A stretch of DNA of 57,401 nt from Candidatus Zixiibacteriota bacterium (GCA_043819555.1 JBDREQ010000040.1:1-57401); one strand, 5' to 3'. Shown: positions 18,559 to 29,884, counted from the first letter of the stretch. Notes: generated by a model from the sequence alone, not told the origin. Numbers and translations are program-made.

Positions 18559-20208
18559 TTAATGTCGTCGTGCGGAGGCGAAATCCATCGACAGGCATTT
18601 TCGACAGAGCTCAATAAACTCGCGGCGGTAACCATCCCGATCGACTCCGATTGATTCCCTCGCCAAATCCATAGCATGGTTGAAACTTGACGATTCTCGA
18701 TATTTTGAATCGCGAAGGAGCATCCCAAATTCAGCAACCGCGGCGGCGAATTTGAAATTATCTGATGCATGGCGGTAATCCAAATCGCTGATATATACTG
18801 GTGTTGAGATTAGTCGGCTCGTTTCCTGTTCCGGCGTTTTGTATCGCAGTTTGAGCATCATAATTTCATCTTCATATAGATTCTCAAATAGACTCGCCTG
18901 AGATTGATATCTCAATGGATCCGTTCCCGGATCAAAATAATTGACTGAAGTTGGGATGATTTCGTAGAGAGCCGTGAACGAATGTCCGACACCGATATCT
19001 CCGGCATCCCGGCGGTCGTCGTTGAACTCACGTTTGTCGAGAATTCGGTTTTCGTACCCAATCAAACGATAGGCTTTAACATGAGCCGGATTGAATTCAA
19101 TCTGAATTTTGACATCTTTGGCAATAGTATGCAAAGTGCCGTTCATCTCGCGAATCATAATCCGTTTGGCTTCGCGGTCATTATCAACATAGGCATAATA
19201 TCCATTGCCCTTATCGGCCAGTTGTTCCAGGCGGGAATCTTTGAGATTACCGGTACCGAACCCGAGAACCGAAAGAAAAATCCCAGTGCGTCTTTTTTCT
19301 TCTATCATGCGAACAAGTTCGGCAGTGTTGGAAACACCGACATTGAAATCACCATCCGTCGCCAGGATTACACGGTTGTTGCCACCCTCGATAAAATTAT
19401 CCCAGGCTTCCTGATAAGCTAGCTCAATTCCGGCGGCGCCGGCAGTCGAACCATCGGCCTGCAGCCGATCAATTGCCCGGATTATCTCTTCACCGCGATA
19501 TCCCGGAGTTGACGGCAGAACCAAACGAGCTCGACCGGCATAAGTTACTATGGCAACTCGGTCTTCCTGCCGGAGATGATTAACGAGTAGTTTTAGGGCT
19601 TTCTTTAAAAGAGGAAGTTTTTTGTGGTGTGTCATTGAACCCGAGACATCAATTAGAAAAACAAAATTGGATCGCGGTAAATTATACTGATCGATTTTCG
19701 CGCCCTGCAAACCTACTAAAACCAACTCATGTCTTGGATTCCAAGGACAATCGGCAACTTCTGTATTAACCGAAAAAGGATGAACGCCATCGGGCTGCGG
19801 ATAATCGTAATTGAAATAATTGATCAATTCCTCGATCCTTACAGCATCCCTGGGCGGACGTTTGGCTTTTTGAATGTAGCGTCGAACATTACTGTATGAT
19901 GCTTCATCAACATCAATGCTAAAAGTTAAAAGCAGTTGCTCGGTAGTGAGTAAAAACCGGTTTTCATAAATTCGCGAATATTCTTCGGTGTTGTACTCCG
20001 GCAGCCAAGGCGCTTTGGGATACTGTTGCTGCTGTAAATTACCGCCCCTGTCATCATATTCCGGTGGCAGGGGTGGCGGTGGTGGGGATGGAGGAGGAGT
20101 TCTATGAACTACGATTGGTTCATATGGCACCTCCGCGGGTGGCGGCGGCTTTTTGCCGCATCCGACTAAAATAGATACAATAACGCAGACGATAGCAATA
20201 CGTTTCAT
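18559..20208 (-). CDS. YfbK-type VWA lipoprotein (vWF_A + VWA + DUF3520)
   Basis: Lipobox LVGC, FSIDVDEASYSNVR, MIDAS DVSGS, ATDGDFNVG, YRLIGYENR. Confidence 0.9.
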   Translation of the reverse strand: MKRIAIVCVIVSILVGCGKKPPPPAEVPYEPIVVHRTPPPSPPPPPLPPEYDDRGGNLQQQQYPKAPWLPEYNTEEYSRIYENRFLLTTEQLLLTFSIDVDEASYSNVRRYIQKAKRPPRDAVRIEELINYFNYDYPQPDGVHPFSVNTEVADCPWNPRHELVLVGLQGAKIDQYNLPRSNFVFLIDVSGSMTHHKKLPLLKKALKLLVNHLRQEDRVAIVTYAGRARLVLPSTPGYRGEEIIRAIDRLQADGSTAGAAGIELAYQEAWDNFIEGGNNRVILATDGDFNVGVSNTAELVRMIEEKRRTGIFLSVLGFGTGNLKDSRLEQLADKGNGYYAYVDNDREAKRIMIREMNGTLHTIAKDVKIQIEFNPAHVKAYRLIGYENRILDKREFNDDRRDAGDIGVGHSFTALYEIIPTSVNYFDPGTDPLRYQSQASLFENLYEDEIMMLKLRYKTPEQETSRLISTPVYISDLDYRHASDNFKFAAAVAEFGMLLRDSKYRESSSFNHAMDLARESIGVDRDGYRREFIELCRKCLSMDFASARRH

Positions 20209-20211
20209 AAT

Positions 20212-20252
20212 ACCTCCAATTTTGAAAGGGCGATATCCCTGTGATTGGAGGT
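20212..20252 (-). promoter_or_regulatory. SD-sequestering 5'-UTR hairpin of the yfbK-like gene
   Basis: ACCTCCAAT pairs with ATTGGAGGT, which contains the SD. Inner AGGG/CCCT stem. Confidence 0.55.
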
Positions 20253-20431
20253 TGTACTATAAAACTAAATTTAAGATTCATTAAATTGCCAAAATGGAAA
20301 ATTCAATGGATATTTAAGTTATTTAAGATGTATAAAGTTGTTTTTCATAAAATGTCGTCAGAGGAATATCACACCAGCACATCGGCAACTTGAAAGCTGT
20401 CGTTACATTACACAATTGTTAATTGTCTATC

Positions 20432-20626
20432 TTATCCTTTATTCATCAGTCGGAACGCCCAGATGCTTAGCAAAGCGGCAGCGATAAATCCGGCATAAGA
20501 CATCCATATCGGGACCATCCAGTCACAAACCTGAAATGTACATCCTTGGATTGCTCTTAACAAATGCAGAATTGCGACTAATCCAAAAATGAATCCCGAA
20601 ACGATGCAGTATTTTTTTGTTTTCAT
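20432..20626 (-). CDS. Small two-TM membrane protein
   Basis: Two hydrophobic helices and a strong AGGAGG SD. Confidence 0.75.
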   Translation of the reverse strand: MKTKKYCIVSGFIFGLVAILHLLRAIQGCTFQVCDWMVPIWMSYAGFIAAALLSIWAFRLMNKG

Positions 20627-20659
20627 TTTACTCCCTCCTTAATCGACGATTAGTTCTTT

Positions 20660-20867
20660 GTCGAATTCACAAGGGTTTCGACTTGCAGGTCAATCATAAT
20701 TAACACACCCCGCCCTTCGGGCGCCCCTCTCAAGAGGGGAAAGGATCGGGAATCTAGTATATCTCAAACTCTCCTTGGATTCCAGCGTCCGCTGGCATGA
20801 CAATATAATTAGCTACAAAGGTTCCGTCAGTTCATGGTCTGACGCAGAAGGGGTGTGAACTGACGGA
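20660..20867. repeat. Cluster of four different REP-like palindromic elements
   Basis: GTCGAA..TTCGAC (20660-20686); CACCCCGCCCTTCGGGCGCCCCTCTCAAGAGGGG (~20704-20741); TGGATTCCAGCGTCCGCTGGCATGAC (20776-20801); TCCGTCAGTTCA...TGAACTGACGGA (20823-20867). Confidence 0.65.
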
Positions 20868-20878
20868 GACTTCATAAT

Positions 20879-21403
20879 TCACTTACTGATGCGATTCAGC
20901 AAAAGCTCCATCTCTTCGGTTTTATCGCCGTGTTTCATGCGAAGGAATATCTGCAGAGTATCAACATCCTGTAAATTATAAGTCAGACCGTCAAAGTAGG
21001 CGGTGTTACCGTCGATTTTAACCAGGCGAAAAGTGACAAATTTATCCTTCTCTTCCCAGCCGGACATATCGGGATTGAAATGTTTGAGTTTCAATATCAG
21101 GCTCTGGGCTTCTTCCGTAACGATAAAAAATTCGTAAAATGCATCCTGGCCTTCGGTGATTAGTTTGAACGTCCCGGTCATACTGTTGCCCAGAGGAGGG
21201 CTCCAGTTTTCTTCGATGACGCCGCCGAGTCCTTCGCCCTGCCAGTATCCGGCCAGCCATTCGATTTGCGACAGATCGGCTTTGGGCGATGCGCCTCCTT
21301 CAGGCAATGACATGGTCTTATTCATTATATCCTCTGCCAGTCCGGTGTTTGATATAATCAGTAATAATGCGATAGAAATAATTATGCGATTGGACACTTT
21401 CAT
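20879..21403 (-). CDS. Secreted hypothetical protein (DUF6265-like)
   Basis: Signal peptide, WLAGYWQG, EENWSPP, LKLKHF. Confidence 0.7.
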   Translation of the reverse strand: MKVSNRIIISIALLLIISNTGLAEDIMNKTMSLPEGGASPKADLSQIEWLAGYWQGEGLGGVIEENWSPPLGNSMTGTFKLITEGQDAFYEFFIVTEEAQSLILKLKHFNPDMSGWEEKDKFVTFRLVKIDGNTAYFDGLTYNLQDVDTLQIFLRMKHGDKTEEMELLLNRISK

Positions 21404-21470
21404 ACAGCCTCCCCAGTGTTTGATGAAAATGTATAGTTATTTGGGGGGGATGTCAATTTAGTTATTATGG

Positions 21471-21511
21471 TGTCAGGTCACAATTTTGCTTCGCAAAATC
21501 AGGACCTGACA
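21471..21511. repeat. Palindromic element or hairpin after mscL
   Basis: TGTCAGGTC-ACA-ATTTTGC-TTC-GCAAAAT-CAG-GACCTGACA. Confidence 0.6.
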
Positions 21512-21556
21512 TAACCGGTTATATACTTTCTAATGCCTAAAAACGGAACTATCCCA

Positions 21557-22021
21557 TTAAGTGTTCTGAACCATTGAAGTGCAGTTGGGGCACTTCACTG
21601 CTTTTATGTGAATCGTGGAATAGCACTGCGGGCATTCTTTGGTTGTCGGCTCGGCCACCGGCGCCGGTTCTTCTTTCTTAAGCCTGTTCATGTTTTTAAT
21701 AACGATAAATATGGCAAAGGCAATGATCACGAAGCTGATAATAGTATTGATGAACTGGCCGTAGTTTAGCGTAGTCGCACCGGCCGCCTGAGCGTCAGCC
21801 AATGTGAGATACGCGCCCGCTCCCGCGGCACTATCTTTCAGGATAATAAACAGATTCGAGAAATCTACACCGCCAAGCAGAAGCCCGATTGGCGGCATGA
21901 TAACGTCGGCGACAAATGATTTGACAATCGTCCCAAAAGCGGCCCCGATAATGATGCCTACGGCCATATCCATGACATTTCCCTTAACCGCAAATTCTTT
22001 AAACTCCTTCATCATACCCAT
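21557..22021 (-). CDS. mscL: Large-conductance mechanosensitive channel with C-terminal zinc ribbon
   Basis: [30 protein letters not shown], then CPQC...CPNC. Start at 22021 by a GGAGG SD. Confidence 0.95.
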   Translation of the reverse strand: MGMMKEFKEFAVKGNVMDMAVGIIIGAAFGTIVKSFVADVIMPPIGLLLGGVDFSNLFIILKDSAAGAGAYLTLADAQAAGATTLNYGQFINTIISFVIIAFAIFIVIKNMNRLKKEEPAPVAEPTTKECPQCYSTIHIKAVKCPNCTSMVQNT

Positions 22022-22115
22022 TGAATCGCCCTCCAGTATTGTTTGGTGAAGTTTCAAATATTCGTTAATATAGATACGGATGAAAGGCAAAAATATGGGT
22101 CAATAATTGAAATAA

Positions 22116-22212
22116 GGGGTGGACGGGGTGTCTGCCGCCCACGAAATTGGCGGGATCGCAGGGATCCCGCCCTGACTAATTTTATGTCGAAAACGCAAGG
22201 GGTTCGACCTAC
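22116..22212. repeat. Second REP-like cluster
   Basis: GTGGACGG..CCGCCCAC; GGCGGGATC..GATCCCGCC; minus-strand GTAGGTCGAACCCCTTGCGTTTTCGAC, which resembles the 20660 element. Confidence 0.65.
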
Positions 22213-22371
22213 GGGAAAATGGTATAATTTTGATTTAAAACTAAGTTCCCGCATTGGTCTGTTTCAAGGGATTCCTGGGAATGATAAAAATTAGTAATCA
22301 GTTTAAAACGATGAGGCCGGAGGCTCATGCGAGCATCCGGCCACATCAATCAACAGGGGGGTATGTTGTTT

Positions 22372-22769
22372 TTATTTTTCTTTGGCGATCTTCAAACGGT
22401 TTTTGGCTCGCTCATAGGCATCATAGGCGCGGCCGACATCAATATCGCCGGCGGCGTTCTGAATGCGCTGTTTGGCGCGTGCGAGTGATTCTCTGGCCCG
22501 CTCCAGATCGATACTGCCGGCAAATTCGGCTGAGTCGGCTAAGATGGTGCAGACATTGGAAGAGTTTTCCAGAAACCCGCCTGATAGAGCAAAGTTTATC
22601 ACTTCATTTTTATTGTCTTTAACCGTCAGTTTACCTGGTTTCAATGAAGTTATGATTGGGGCGTGATTGCTCATGATGCCCAGGTACCCGAGGGTTCCGG
22701 GAGCGATGATCGAGCTGACCTCTTCCTCGTAGATTACTTTTTCCGGAGTGACTATCGCCAATTTATACA

Positions 22770-22770
<1 letters not shown>
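22372..22770 (-). CDS. atpC: ATP synthase epsilon subunit
   Basis: IVTPE, GYLGIMSNHAP, SGGFLE. Start overlaps the atpD stop (TAATG). Confidence 0.95.
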
Positions 22771-24194
<1,424 letters not shown>

Positions 24195-24267
24195 CTATAA
24201 AAACAATGTTTTTTTCTTTGCCAGCGCCATCATGCAAAGTCATTATCGCACGACGGCAAAATCTATT

Positions 24268-25131
24268 TTATGCCCTGAGCGCCTCGGCGCCCGAGACAAC
24301 TTCAAGTATCTCCTTGGTAATCGCCGCCTGGCGGGCTTTGTTGTATTGCAGCGTCAGGCTGTCGATCATTTCTCCGGCATTTTGGGTCGCCAGAGTCATC
24401 GCCATCATTCGCGTCGCATGCTCAGAGGCGAAAGAATCCGCCAAAGCTGACTGCAAACGCACCAGAGCGTAGCGCGGAAGTAAATCCGAGAAGATGGCAT
24501 CCGGATTCGGTTCGAAAATGTACGCGCCGACAGATTCTCCCTCGCCCGTATCAGGACGCTCAATATTCAAATACTTCTCAATGATGGGGACATTCTTGGC
24601 GATTGAGTAAAACTTGGCATACAGTAAATATATTTCATCCGTTTGGCCCGAAACGAAACGATTAGTCAAATAGCCGACCAGATTGCGCACCATGTCAAAT
24701 TTCATTTCAGCGTTGAATTCGTTATACGTTTCGGAAATTTGCCAATCCCGTTTGCGGAAATGCAAATATCCCCGGCGGCCAACGGTGATCAGTTCGGTTT
24801 TGTCCAAATCCCGTTCCGATAACCATTCCTGGGCTTTGCGGATCAGGTTTGAATTAAACGCTCCGCACAGGCCTCGATCCGAAGTCATCAACACCAGAGT
24901 TTGCTTTTTGGGATCGCGTTTTTCAAAATAAGGATGAGACAATTTATCGGTCGCGGCGGCTGAAAGATGTCCCAGCATATGTGTCATTTTTTCCGCATAG
25001 GGGCGCGATTGCTCGGCCTGCAATTGCGCCTTGCGCAACTGAGCCGCGGCCACCATCTTCATCGCCTTGGTAATCTGACGAGTCGATTTTACCGAATTGA
25101 TTCTTTTTAATATATCTCGAAGCGTCGCCAT
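24268..25131 (-). CDS. atpG: ATP synthase gamma subunit
   Basis: QITKAMKMVAA, SDRGLCGAFN, RQAAITKEI. Confidence 0.98.
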   Translation of the reverse strand: MATLRDILKRINSVKSTRQITKAMKMVAAAQLRKAQLQAEQSRPYAEKMTHMLGHLSAAATDKLSHPYFEKRDPKKQTLVLMTSDRGLCGAFNSNLIRKAQEWLSERDLDKTELITVGRRGYLHFRKRDWQISETYNEFNAEMKFDMVRNLVGYLTNRFVSGQTDEIYLLYAKFYSIAKNVPIIEKYLNIERPDTGEGESVGAYIFEPNPDAIFSDLLPRYALVRLQSALADSFASEHATRMMAMTLATQNAGEMIDSLTLQYNKARQAAITKEILEVVSGAEALRA

Positions 25132-25134
25132 AAT

Positions 25135-26655
25135 TTATTCGCTTGCCGCTCTGCTAAACTGCTCTTTGAACTTTTTCGCGGCATCATGCATTTTCTTGTT
25201 GGTCGCGTCGGAAATCTCTTTTTCCTTCTCAATATTAATCATGATATCCGGAAATTCTTTTTCCACAAATGCCAAATATTCGATTTCGAATTTATTCAAA
25301 TCGGAGATGGCAACATCATCAAGATAACCATTGGCGCCGGCCCAAATGATATTGACCTGGTGGGCCAAAGATAGCGGAACGTATTGTCCCTGCTTGAGAA
25401 TCTCAACCATCCGTTCGCCGCGGATCAACTGCCTCTTGGTGGCCTCATCGAGATCGGAACCGAATTGAGCAAAGGCGGCCAATTCCCGATACTGGGCCAA
25501 ATCCAGACGCAGAGAACCGGCGATTTTTTTCATCGCTTTGGTCTGGGCGTTACCGCCAACGCGAGACACCGAAATACCGACGTTAATCGCTGGGCGGACA
25601 CCGGCAAAAAATAAATCCGGTTCCAGATAAATCTGACCATCGGTAATCGATATTACGTTGGTTGGGATGTAAGCCGAAACGTCGCCAGCCTGAGTTTCAA
25701 TAACCGGTAGAGCCGTTAATGAGCCGCCGCCTTCTTCGTCTGACAATTTGGCGGCGCGTTCGAGAAGCCGGGAATGGCAATAGAAGATATCGCCAGGATA
25801 GGCTTCGCGTCCCGGAGGGCGGCGGAGAAGAAGCGATAACTGCCTGTATGATTGAGCCTGTTTGGACAAATCATCATAGATAACGAGAGCATGGCGCCCG
25901 GTATACAAAAATTCCTCGCCGATGGCGCATCCGGCATAGGGCGCGATGTATTGAAGCGGAGCCGGGTCGTTGGCCGTCGCCGATACAACGGTGGTGTATT
26001 CCATAGCCCCATGCTGGTCGAGAATCTCGACTACACGAGCGACACTGGAAGCCTTCTGACCGATAGCGACATAGATGCAAAATACATCGGTGTTTTTTTG
26101 ATTGATGATGGCGTCGATGGCAATCGCCGTTTTACCGGTTTGGCGGTCGCCGATAATCAATTCACGCTGGCCGCGGCCGATCGGAATCATCGAGTCGATC
26201 GCTTTGAGACCCGTCATCATCGGTTCTTTTACCGGTTGGCGCTGGACGACGTTGGGGGCTATGCCTTCAAGTAAGCGGAATTTGTTGGTTACAACCGGGC
26301 CTTTGCCGTCGATCGGCTCACCGATTGAGTTGACAACACGGCCGATGAGGGCGTCGCCGACGGGAACTCGGGCTACTTTACCGGTTCGGCGAACCGTGTC
26401 GCCTTCTTTAATATAGCGGTCATTTCCAAAAATCGCGACACCCACGTTATCTTCTTCAAGGTTCAATACCAATCCGGTAATATCGCCGGGGAACGTGACC
26501 AGCTCAGACATCATCACATTTTCCAGACCCCAGACACGCGCGATACCATCACCGACCTGAAGAACGGTACCGACCGATTCCATTTCAAGTTTGGTCTCAT
26601 ACTTGGCAATCTCTTTTTGTATAACCGATGAGACTTCTTCAGGATTGAGACCCAT
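25135..26655 (-). CDS. atpA: ATP synthase alpha subunit
   Basis: [18 protein letters not shown]. Confidence 0.99.
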   Translation of the reverse strand: MGLNPEEVSSVIQKEIAKYETKLEMESVGTVLQVGDGIARVWGLENVMMSELVTFPGDITGLVLNLEEDNVGVAIFGNDRYIKEGDTVRRTGKVARVPVGDALIGRVVNSIGEPIDGKGPVVTNKFRLLEGIAPNVVQRQPVKEPMMTGLKAIDSMIPIGRGQRELIIGDRQTGKTAIAIDAIINQKNTDVFCIYVAIGQKASSVARVVEILDQHGAMEYTTVVSATANDPAPLQYIAPYAGCAIGEEFLYTGRHALVIYDDLSKQAQSYRQLSLLLRRPPGREAYPGDIFYCHSRLLERAAKLSDEEGGGSLTALPVIETQAGDVSAYIPTNVISITDGQIYLEPDLFFAGVRPAINVGISVSRVGGNAQTKAMKKIAGSLRLDLAQYRELAAFAQFGSDLDEATKRQLIRGERMVEILKQGQYVPLSLAHQVNIIWAGANGYLDDVAISDLNKFEIEYLAFVEKEFPDIMINIEKEKEISDATNKKMHDAAKKFKEQFSRAASE

Positions 26656-26712
26656 AAGGCGCTTCTCCTGTATAGTTAATGTTTGTTTTCATTTATCTTG
26701 TTAAAGCCGCAT

Positions 26713-27261
26713 CTATGCGACTTTTAATTTCATCAAATCTTCTTTCAATGTCGCCAGATGATGCCGGATCGAACCGTCGATTATCTGATCGCCGAGAATA
26801 ATTATCATTCCGCCCAAAATCTTCGGATCGATTTTCTCTTCAATCTCGATAATCTTGCCGGTTTTAGTAGTAAGCTTTTCGGTGAGACGGCGGCGTTCTT
26901 CGTCATTCATCGGCGTCACCGTTGTCACTTTGGCAACCAGCATCCCGCGCGCCTTGGCCACCCGTTCCCGAAATTCTTCGCAGATATTATGCAGGAAACC
27001 GATGCGGTGTTTGCGAATCAGAACGAGAAGAAATTCGAGAAACAAAGGATTGAGGCGTTCTTTGAAAACATCCTGAACCAAAGCCACCTTGTGCTGATCA
27101 AGAATATGGGGCGCCAAAAGAAACTGCAGCAGCGTGCGATCTTTGTTTATCAGCGCATCAAGCTCTTCGAACTGATGATAAGCCTCGTCAATTAAACTTT
27201 TCTCGCTGACGATATTAAACAGGGCGGTCGAGTATTTTTTGGCGACTGCATGCGCTAACAT
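26713..27261 (-). CDS. atpH: ATP synthase delta subunit
   Basis: VAKKYSTAL, DPKILGGMII..GDQIIDGS, operon position. Confidence 0.95.
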   Translation of the reverse strand: MLAHAVAKKYSTALFNIVSEKSLIDEAYHQFEELDALINKDRTLLQFLLAPHILDQHKVALVQDVFKERLNPLFLEFLLVLIRKHRIGFLHNICEEFRERVAKARGMLVAKVTTVTPMNDEERRRLTEKLTTKTGKIIEIEEKIDPKILGGMIIILGDQIIDGSIRHHLATLKEDLMKLKVA

Positions 27262-27264
27262 CTG

Positions 27265-27762
27265 TTAAGCTTTCTCCACGCTATCGATAAAGTTCCCAAT
27301 CAGCCGGCGATTTTCCGGATCATCCATCTTAGCCGAGATGATTTTTTCGGCCGCCGTAATAGTCATGTTTACCATATCTTCTTTGAGTGCGGCGCGTGCT
27401 TTCTCGACATCACGGTCGAGTTGTGCCTTGGCGTTGTCAATGATGATCTTGGCCTCGTCACGACCCTTCTCTTTAATCTCCGCCGCGATTTGCTGACCTT
27501 CGCTTACTGCTTCGGTCAGCTTTTGACGGGCGAGATTATCGATATCTTTGAGCTTGGCCTCATAATCTTCTTTAGTCTGGGCTATCTCGGCTTTTCCGGA
27601 TTCGATATTGTCGAACTCAGATTTAATCTTTTCCCGCCGTTCGGCAAGAATACCCAGAATAGGCTTCCAGGCGAATTTCTTAAGAACTACAACAGTGATC
27701 ACAAATCCGAAGATATGAGTAAGTATCAGTTTCCAATCATATAGTTCTTGAAATAGATCCAT
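27265..27762 (-). CDS. atpF: ATP synthase b subunit
   Basis: N-terminal TM, KFAWKPILGILAER, coiled coil. Confidence 0.95.
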   Translation of the reverse strand: MDLFQELYDWKLILTHIFGFVITVVVLKKFAWKPILGILAERREKIKSEFDNIESGKAEIAQTKEDYEAKLKDIDNLARQKLTEAVSEGQQIAAEIKEKGRDEAKIIIDNAKAQLDRDVEKARAALKEDMVNMTITAAEKIISAKMDDPENRRLIGNFIDSVEKA

Positions 27763-27854
27763 ATCAATTTCTCCCCGGCAACACCGGGCTGTTAAGCCCG
27801 GCGTTTGACCGGCAGGTTTTTAAGGCACGGTCACATTAAGTGGACCAAGTATTT

Positions 27855-28088
27855 CTAGCCGATTTTTCCCATAACCATGAGAAATGCAAGCAGAGCATAG
27901 ATTGTCAATGCTTCAATAAACGCTGCGCCGATAATCATTCCGGTTTGAATTTTGGCAATAGCTTCCGGTTGGCGCCCCATGGCTTCCATCGCCGAACCGA
28001 CAGCTTTACCCAGGCCCAATCCTGATCCAATTGCGGCAACACCAATCGCCAGAGGGGCGGCAATCGCCAATCCAGTTTGAAAATCCAT
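27855..28088 (-). CDS. atpE: ATP synthase c subunit, probably H+-coupled
   Basis: GxGxG, RQPE loop, FIEALTIY. Lacks the Q...E-S/T Na+ signature. Confidence 0.97.
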   Translation of the reverse strand: MDFQTGLAIAAPLAIGVAAIGSGLGLGKAVGSAMEAMGRQPEAIAKIQTGMIIGAAFIEALTIYALLAFLMVMGKIG

Positions 28089-28140
28089 ATTACCTCCAAA
28101 AAAACTTAAGTTGTATGTATTTTGTCTCTATTTTCCAAAA

Positions 28141-28977
28141 TTAATGGTCTTCCCCATGTGGAAGCGCCATCATAATATATCCTGTTGATAACAGTGTAAA
28201 AACCAATGCCTGAATCGTTCCCAGTAATAGCGACAGAAAATAAAATGGTAACTGGAAAGGAATACCGACCGGGCTATGGATTGCCGAAAGCGCAAATACG
28301 CCAAGCGATATCATGACGGCTATAAGAGTGTCCTCACCAAAAATATTACCAAAAAGTCGCATAGCCAGGGAAAACGGTTTTATAAATTCACCTATGAAGT
28401 GAAGAGGGAAATTGATTATTACCAAAACCCAGGTGACCGCAGAATTGGGGTCACCACATAAATGCAGGAAATATTTCTTGAGTCCCAGCCGTGTGAAAGA
28501 GGTGTATTGGACATACAGAAAAACCGTGATCGCCAAGGCTATTGTCATCTTTATTGACGAAGTCGGAGCGTGAACAAATGGCACCAAGCCGCTCATGTTC
28601 ATGCACCAGATATAAATAAACAGGGTACCCAAAAAAGGAATATAGCGATCGGTTTCTTTTCCCAGCATGGAATGAACCAGATTATATAGACCCTCAAAGA
28701 TCATTTCAACCGCATTTTGAACCGGGCCGGGAATCATTTGGCGATTTCTATAAACCATCATTCCCATGATCATCATGCCTATGGCTATAAGAAGGGCAAA
28801 AAAGGTTACAGCATAATGATGCCCAAATTCGGCGCCGAAGATAAGAGTAAGCAAATTGGGCATTTGCATGCTGAGGCCTTCTTCATGACCGCCTCCATGA
28901 CTTCCTGCTTGTTCAGCGGCGTTCGCCGTCTCCTGACTGAGAATAATGAGATTGTTTATAAGCTTGTAATGAATCAT
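28141..28977 (-). CDS. atpB: ATP synthase a subunit
   Basis: SLAMRLFGN, IQALVFTLL. Confidence 0.97.
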   Translation of the reverse strand: MIHYKLINNLIILSQETANAAEQAGSHGGGHEEGLSMQMPNLLTLIFGAEFGHHYAVTFFALLIAIGMMIMGMMVYRNRQMIPGPVQNAVEMIFEGLYNLVHSMLGKETDRYIPFLGTLFIYIWCMNMSGLVPFVHAPTSSIKMTIALAITVFLYVQYTSFTRLGLKKYFLHLCGDPNSAVTWVLVIINFPLHFIGEFIKPFSLAMRLFGNIFGEDTLIAVMISLGVFALSAIHSPVGIPFQLPFYFLSLLLGTIQALVFTLLSTGYIMMALPHGEDH

Positions 28978-29405
28978 GCCACGCCTCGAGAACTATCTTC
29001 CTGGTTTACAAAATCAAGCTTTAACATTGCCCGAGAGAAAGCCTTTAATGCCATAACTAACAGCACAATTGACAGACCTATAAATAAAGGTATTGGACGA
29101 AATATATCAGCCGTGAATAAAAAATACCCCGCTCCATATAATAATGGGAATTTGATAAGCGCTAATCCGGCAACGGCCAACTTGTCAATTTTGTCGGGTC
29201 TAAGAGCCATGCGCACCAGAGCTGACAAAAATATTAAATTTAGCATTGACCAGATACCGGCCGATAAGTACGCCAGGGAATCATACAGCCCGAAATAGTA
29301 CAGAGCGATTAAAAATGTGGCAATAAGAACAATTCCGGCAGTTCTTAATGTACGTTGAATAAAATCAACCGTCAGATTCGTCGTTAGTATTTTTGGTGCC
29401 ATCAT
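28974..29405 (-). CDS. atpI: ATP synthase protein I (4 TM)
   Basis: Four TM helices directly before atpB. Confidence 0.75.
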   Translation of the reverse strand: MMAPKILTTNLTVDFIQRTLRTAGIVLIATFLIALYYFGLYDSLAYLSAGIWSMLNLIFLSALVRMALRPDKIDKLAVAGLALIKFPLLYGAGYFLFTADIFRPIPLFIGLSIVLLVMALKAFSRAMLKLDFVNQEDSSRGVA

Positions 29406-29634
29406 TCAACTGCTTTATTAATTTATAGGTCTCTTTCCCGGATGATATAAATCCCAAAAGGACAAGGATTATCATCAAATATGGCTCAGTACCTAATTTA
29501 CCATCTATCCAATTTCCAATGAAATATCCAATAACAGGACCAGCAACCAATAAAAATGGTATAGTGGTCGCGATGCCTATCTGCCTTACTCCCTCAATTC
29601 TTTTACTTTTCTTTAGCGTATCCTGCAACCTCAA
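29365..29634 (-). CDS. AtpZ/AtpI-family small membrane protein (first gene of the atp operon)
   Basis: GPVIGYFIGNWIDGKLGTEP motif. Confidence 0.85.
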   Translation of the reverse strand: MRLQDTLKKSKRIEGVRQIGIATTIPFLLVAGPVIGYFIGNWIDGKLGTEPYLMIILVLLGFISSGKETYKLIKQLNDGTKNTNDESDG

Positions 29635-29738
29635 AGGTTCACAGATTTTTGCCTAATCGCCGCTCAGGTACCAGACCCGATATTATTAGGGCGCAATATA
29701 TTTTATGGAAGTCCGTTGTCAAGTTATTTTCGCAACAT

Positions 29739-29756
29739 TTGTTATTTTTTTCACAA
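29739..29756. promoter_or_regulatory. Candidate Rex (NADH/NAD+ sensor) operator upstream of the atp promoter
   Basis: TTGTTATTTTTTTCACAA versus consensus TTGTGAA-N4-TTCACAA. TTGACA -35 on the minus strand at 29717-29722. Confidence 0.6.
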
Positions 29757-29884
29757 ACTTTTTTGGGGAATTAATAAGCAGGTTCTTTTGATTGGCATCT
29801 TTCCTTTAAAAAGGCAAACCTTCTTCCACTTGTTAACATTATATTATTCTTATACTTAAAGATCGGCGGGCTATTGTGAAAAAC

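Noticed and set aside
22100..22111. TCAATAATTGAA identical to 2800-2811, upstream of mscL
   Set aside because: AT-rich 12-mer with no sigma54 promoter nearby, so chance cannot be excluded.
18521..22212. CRISPR array
   Set aside because: The palindromes differ in sequence, are irregularly spaced, and no cas genes are present.
27855..28088. Na+-translocating ATP synthase
   Set aside because: The c subunit has E-A-L-T and no upstream Gln/Glu ligand, which fits H+ coupling.
28717..29298. 193-aa plus-strand ORF and the many other short antisense ORFs in the track
   Set aside because: They are shadows of well-supported genes on the opposite strand or frame, with no recognisable motifs.
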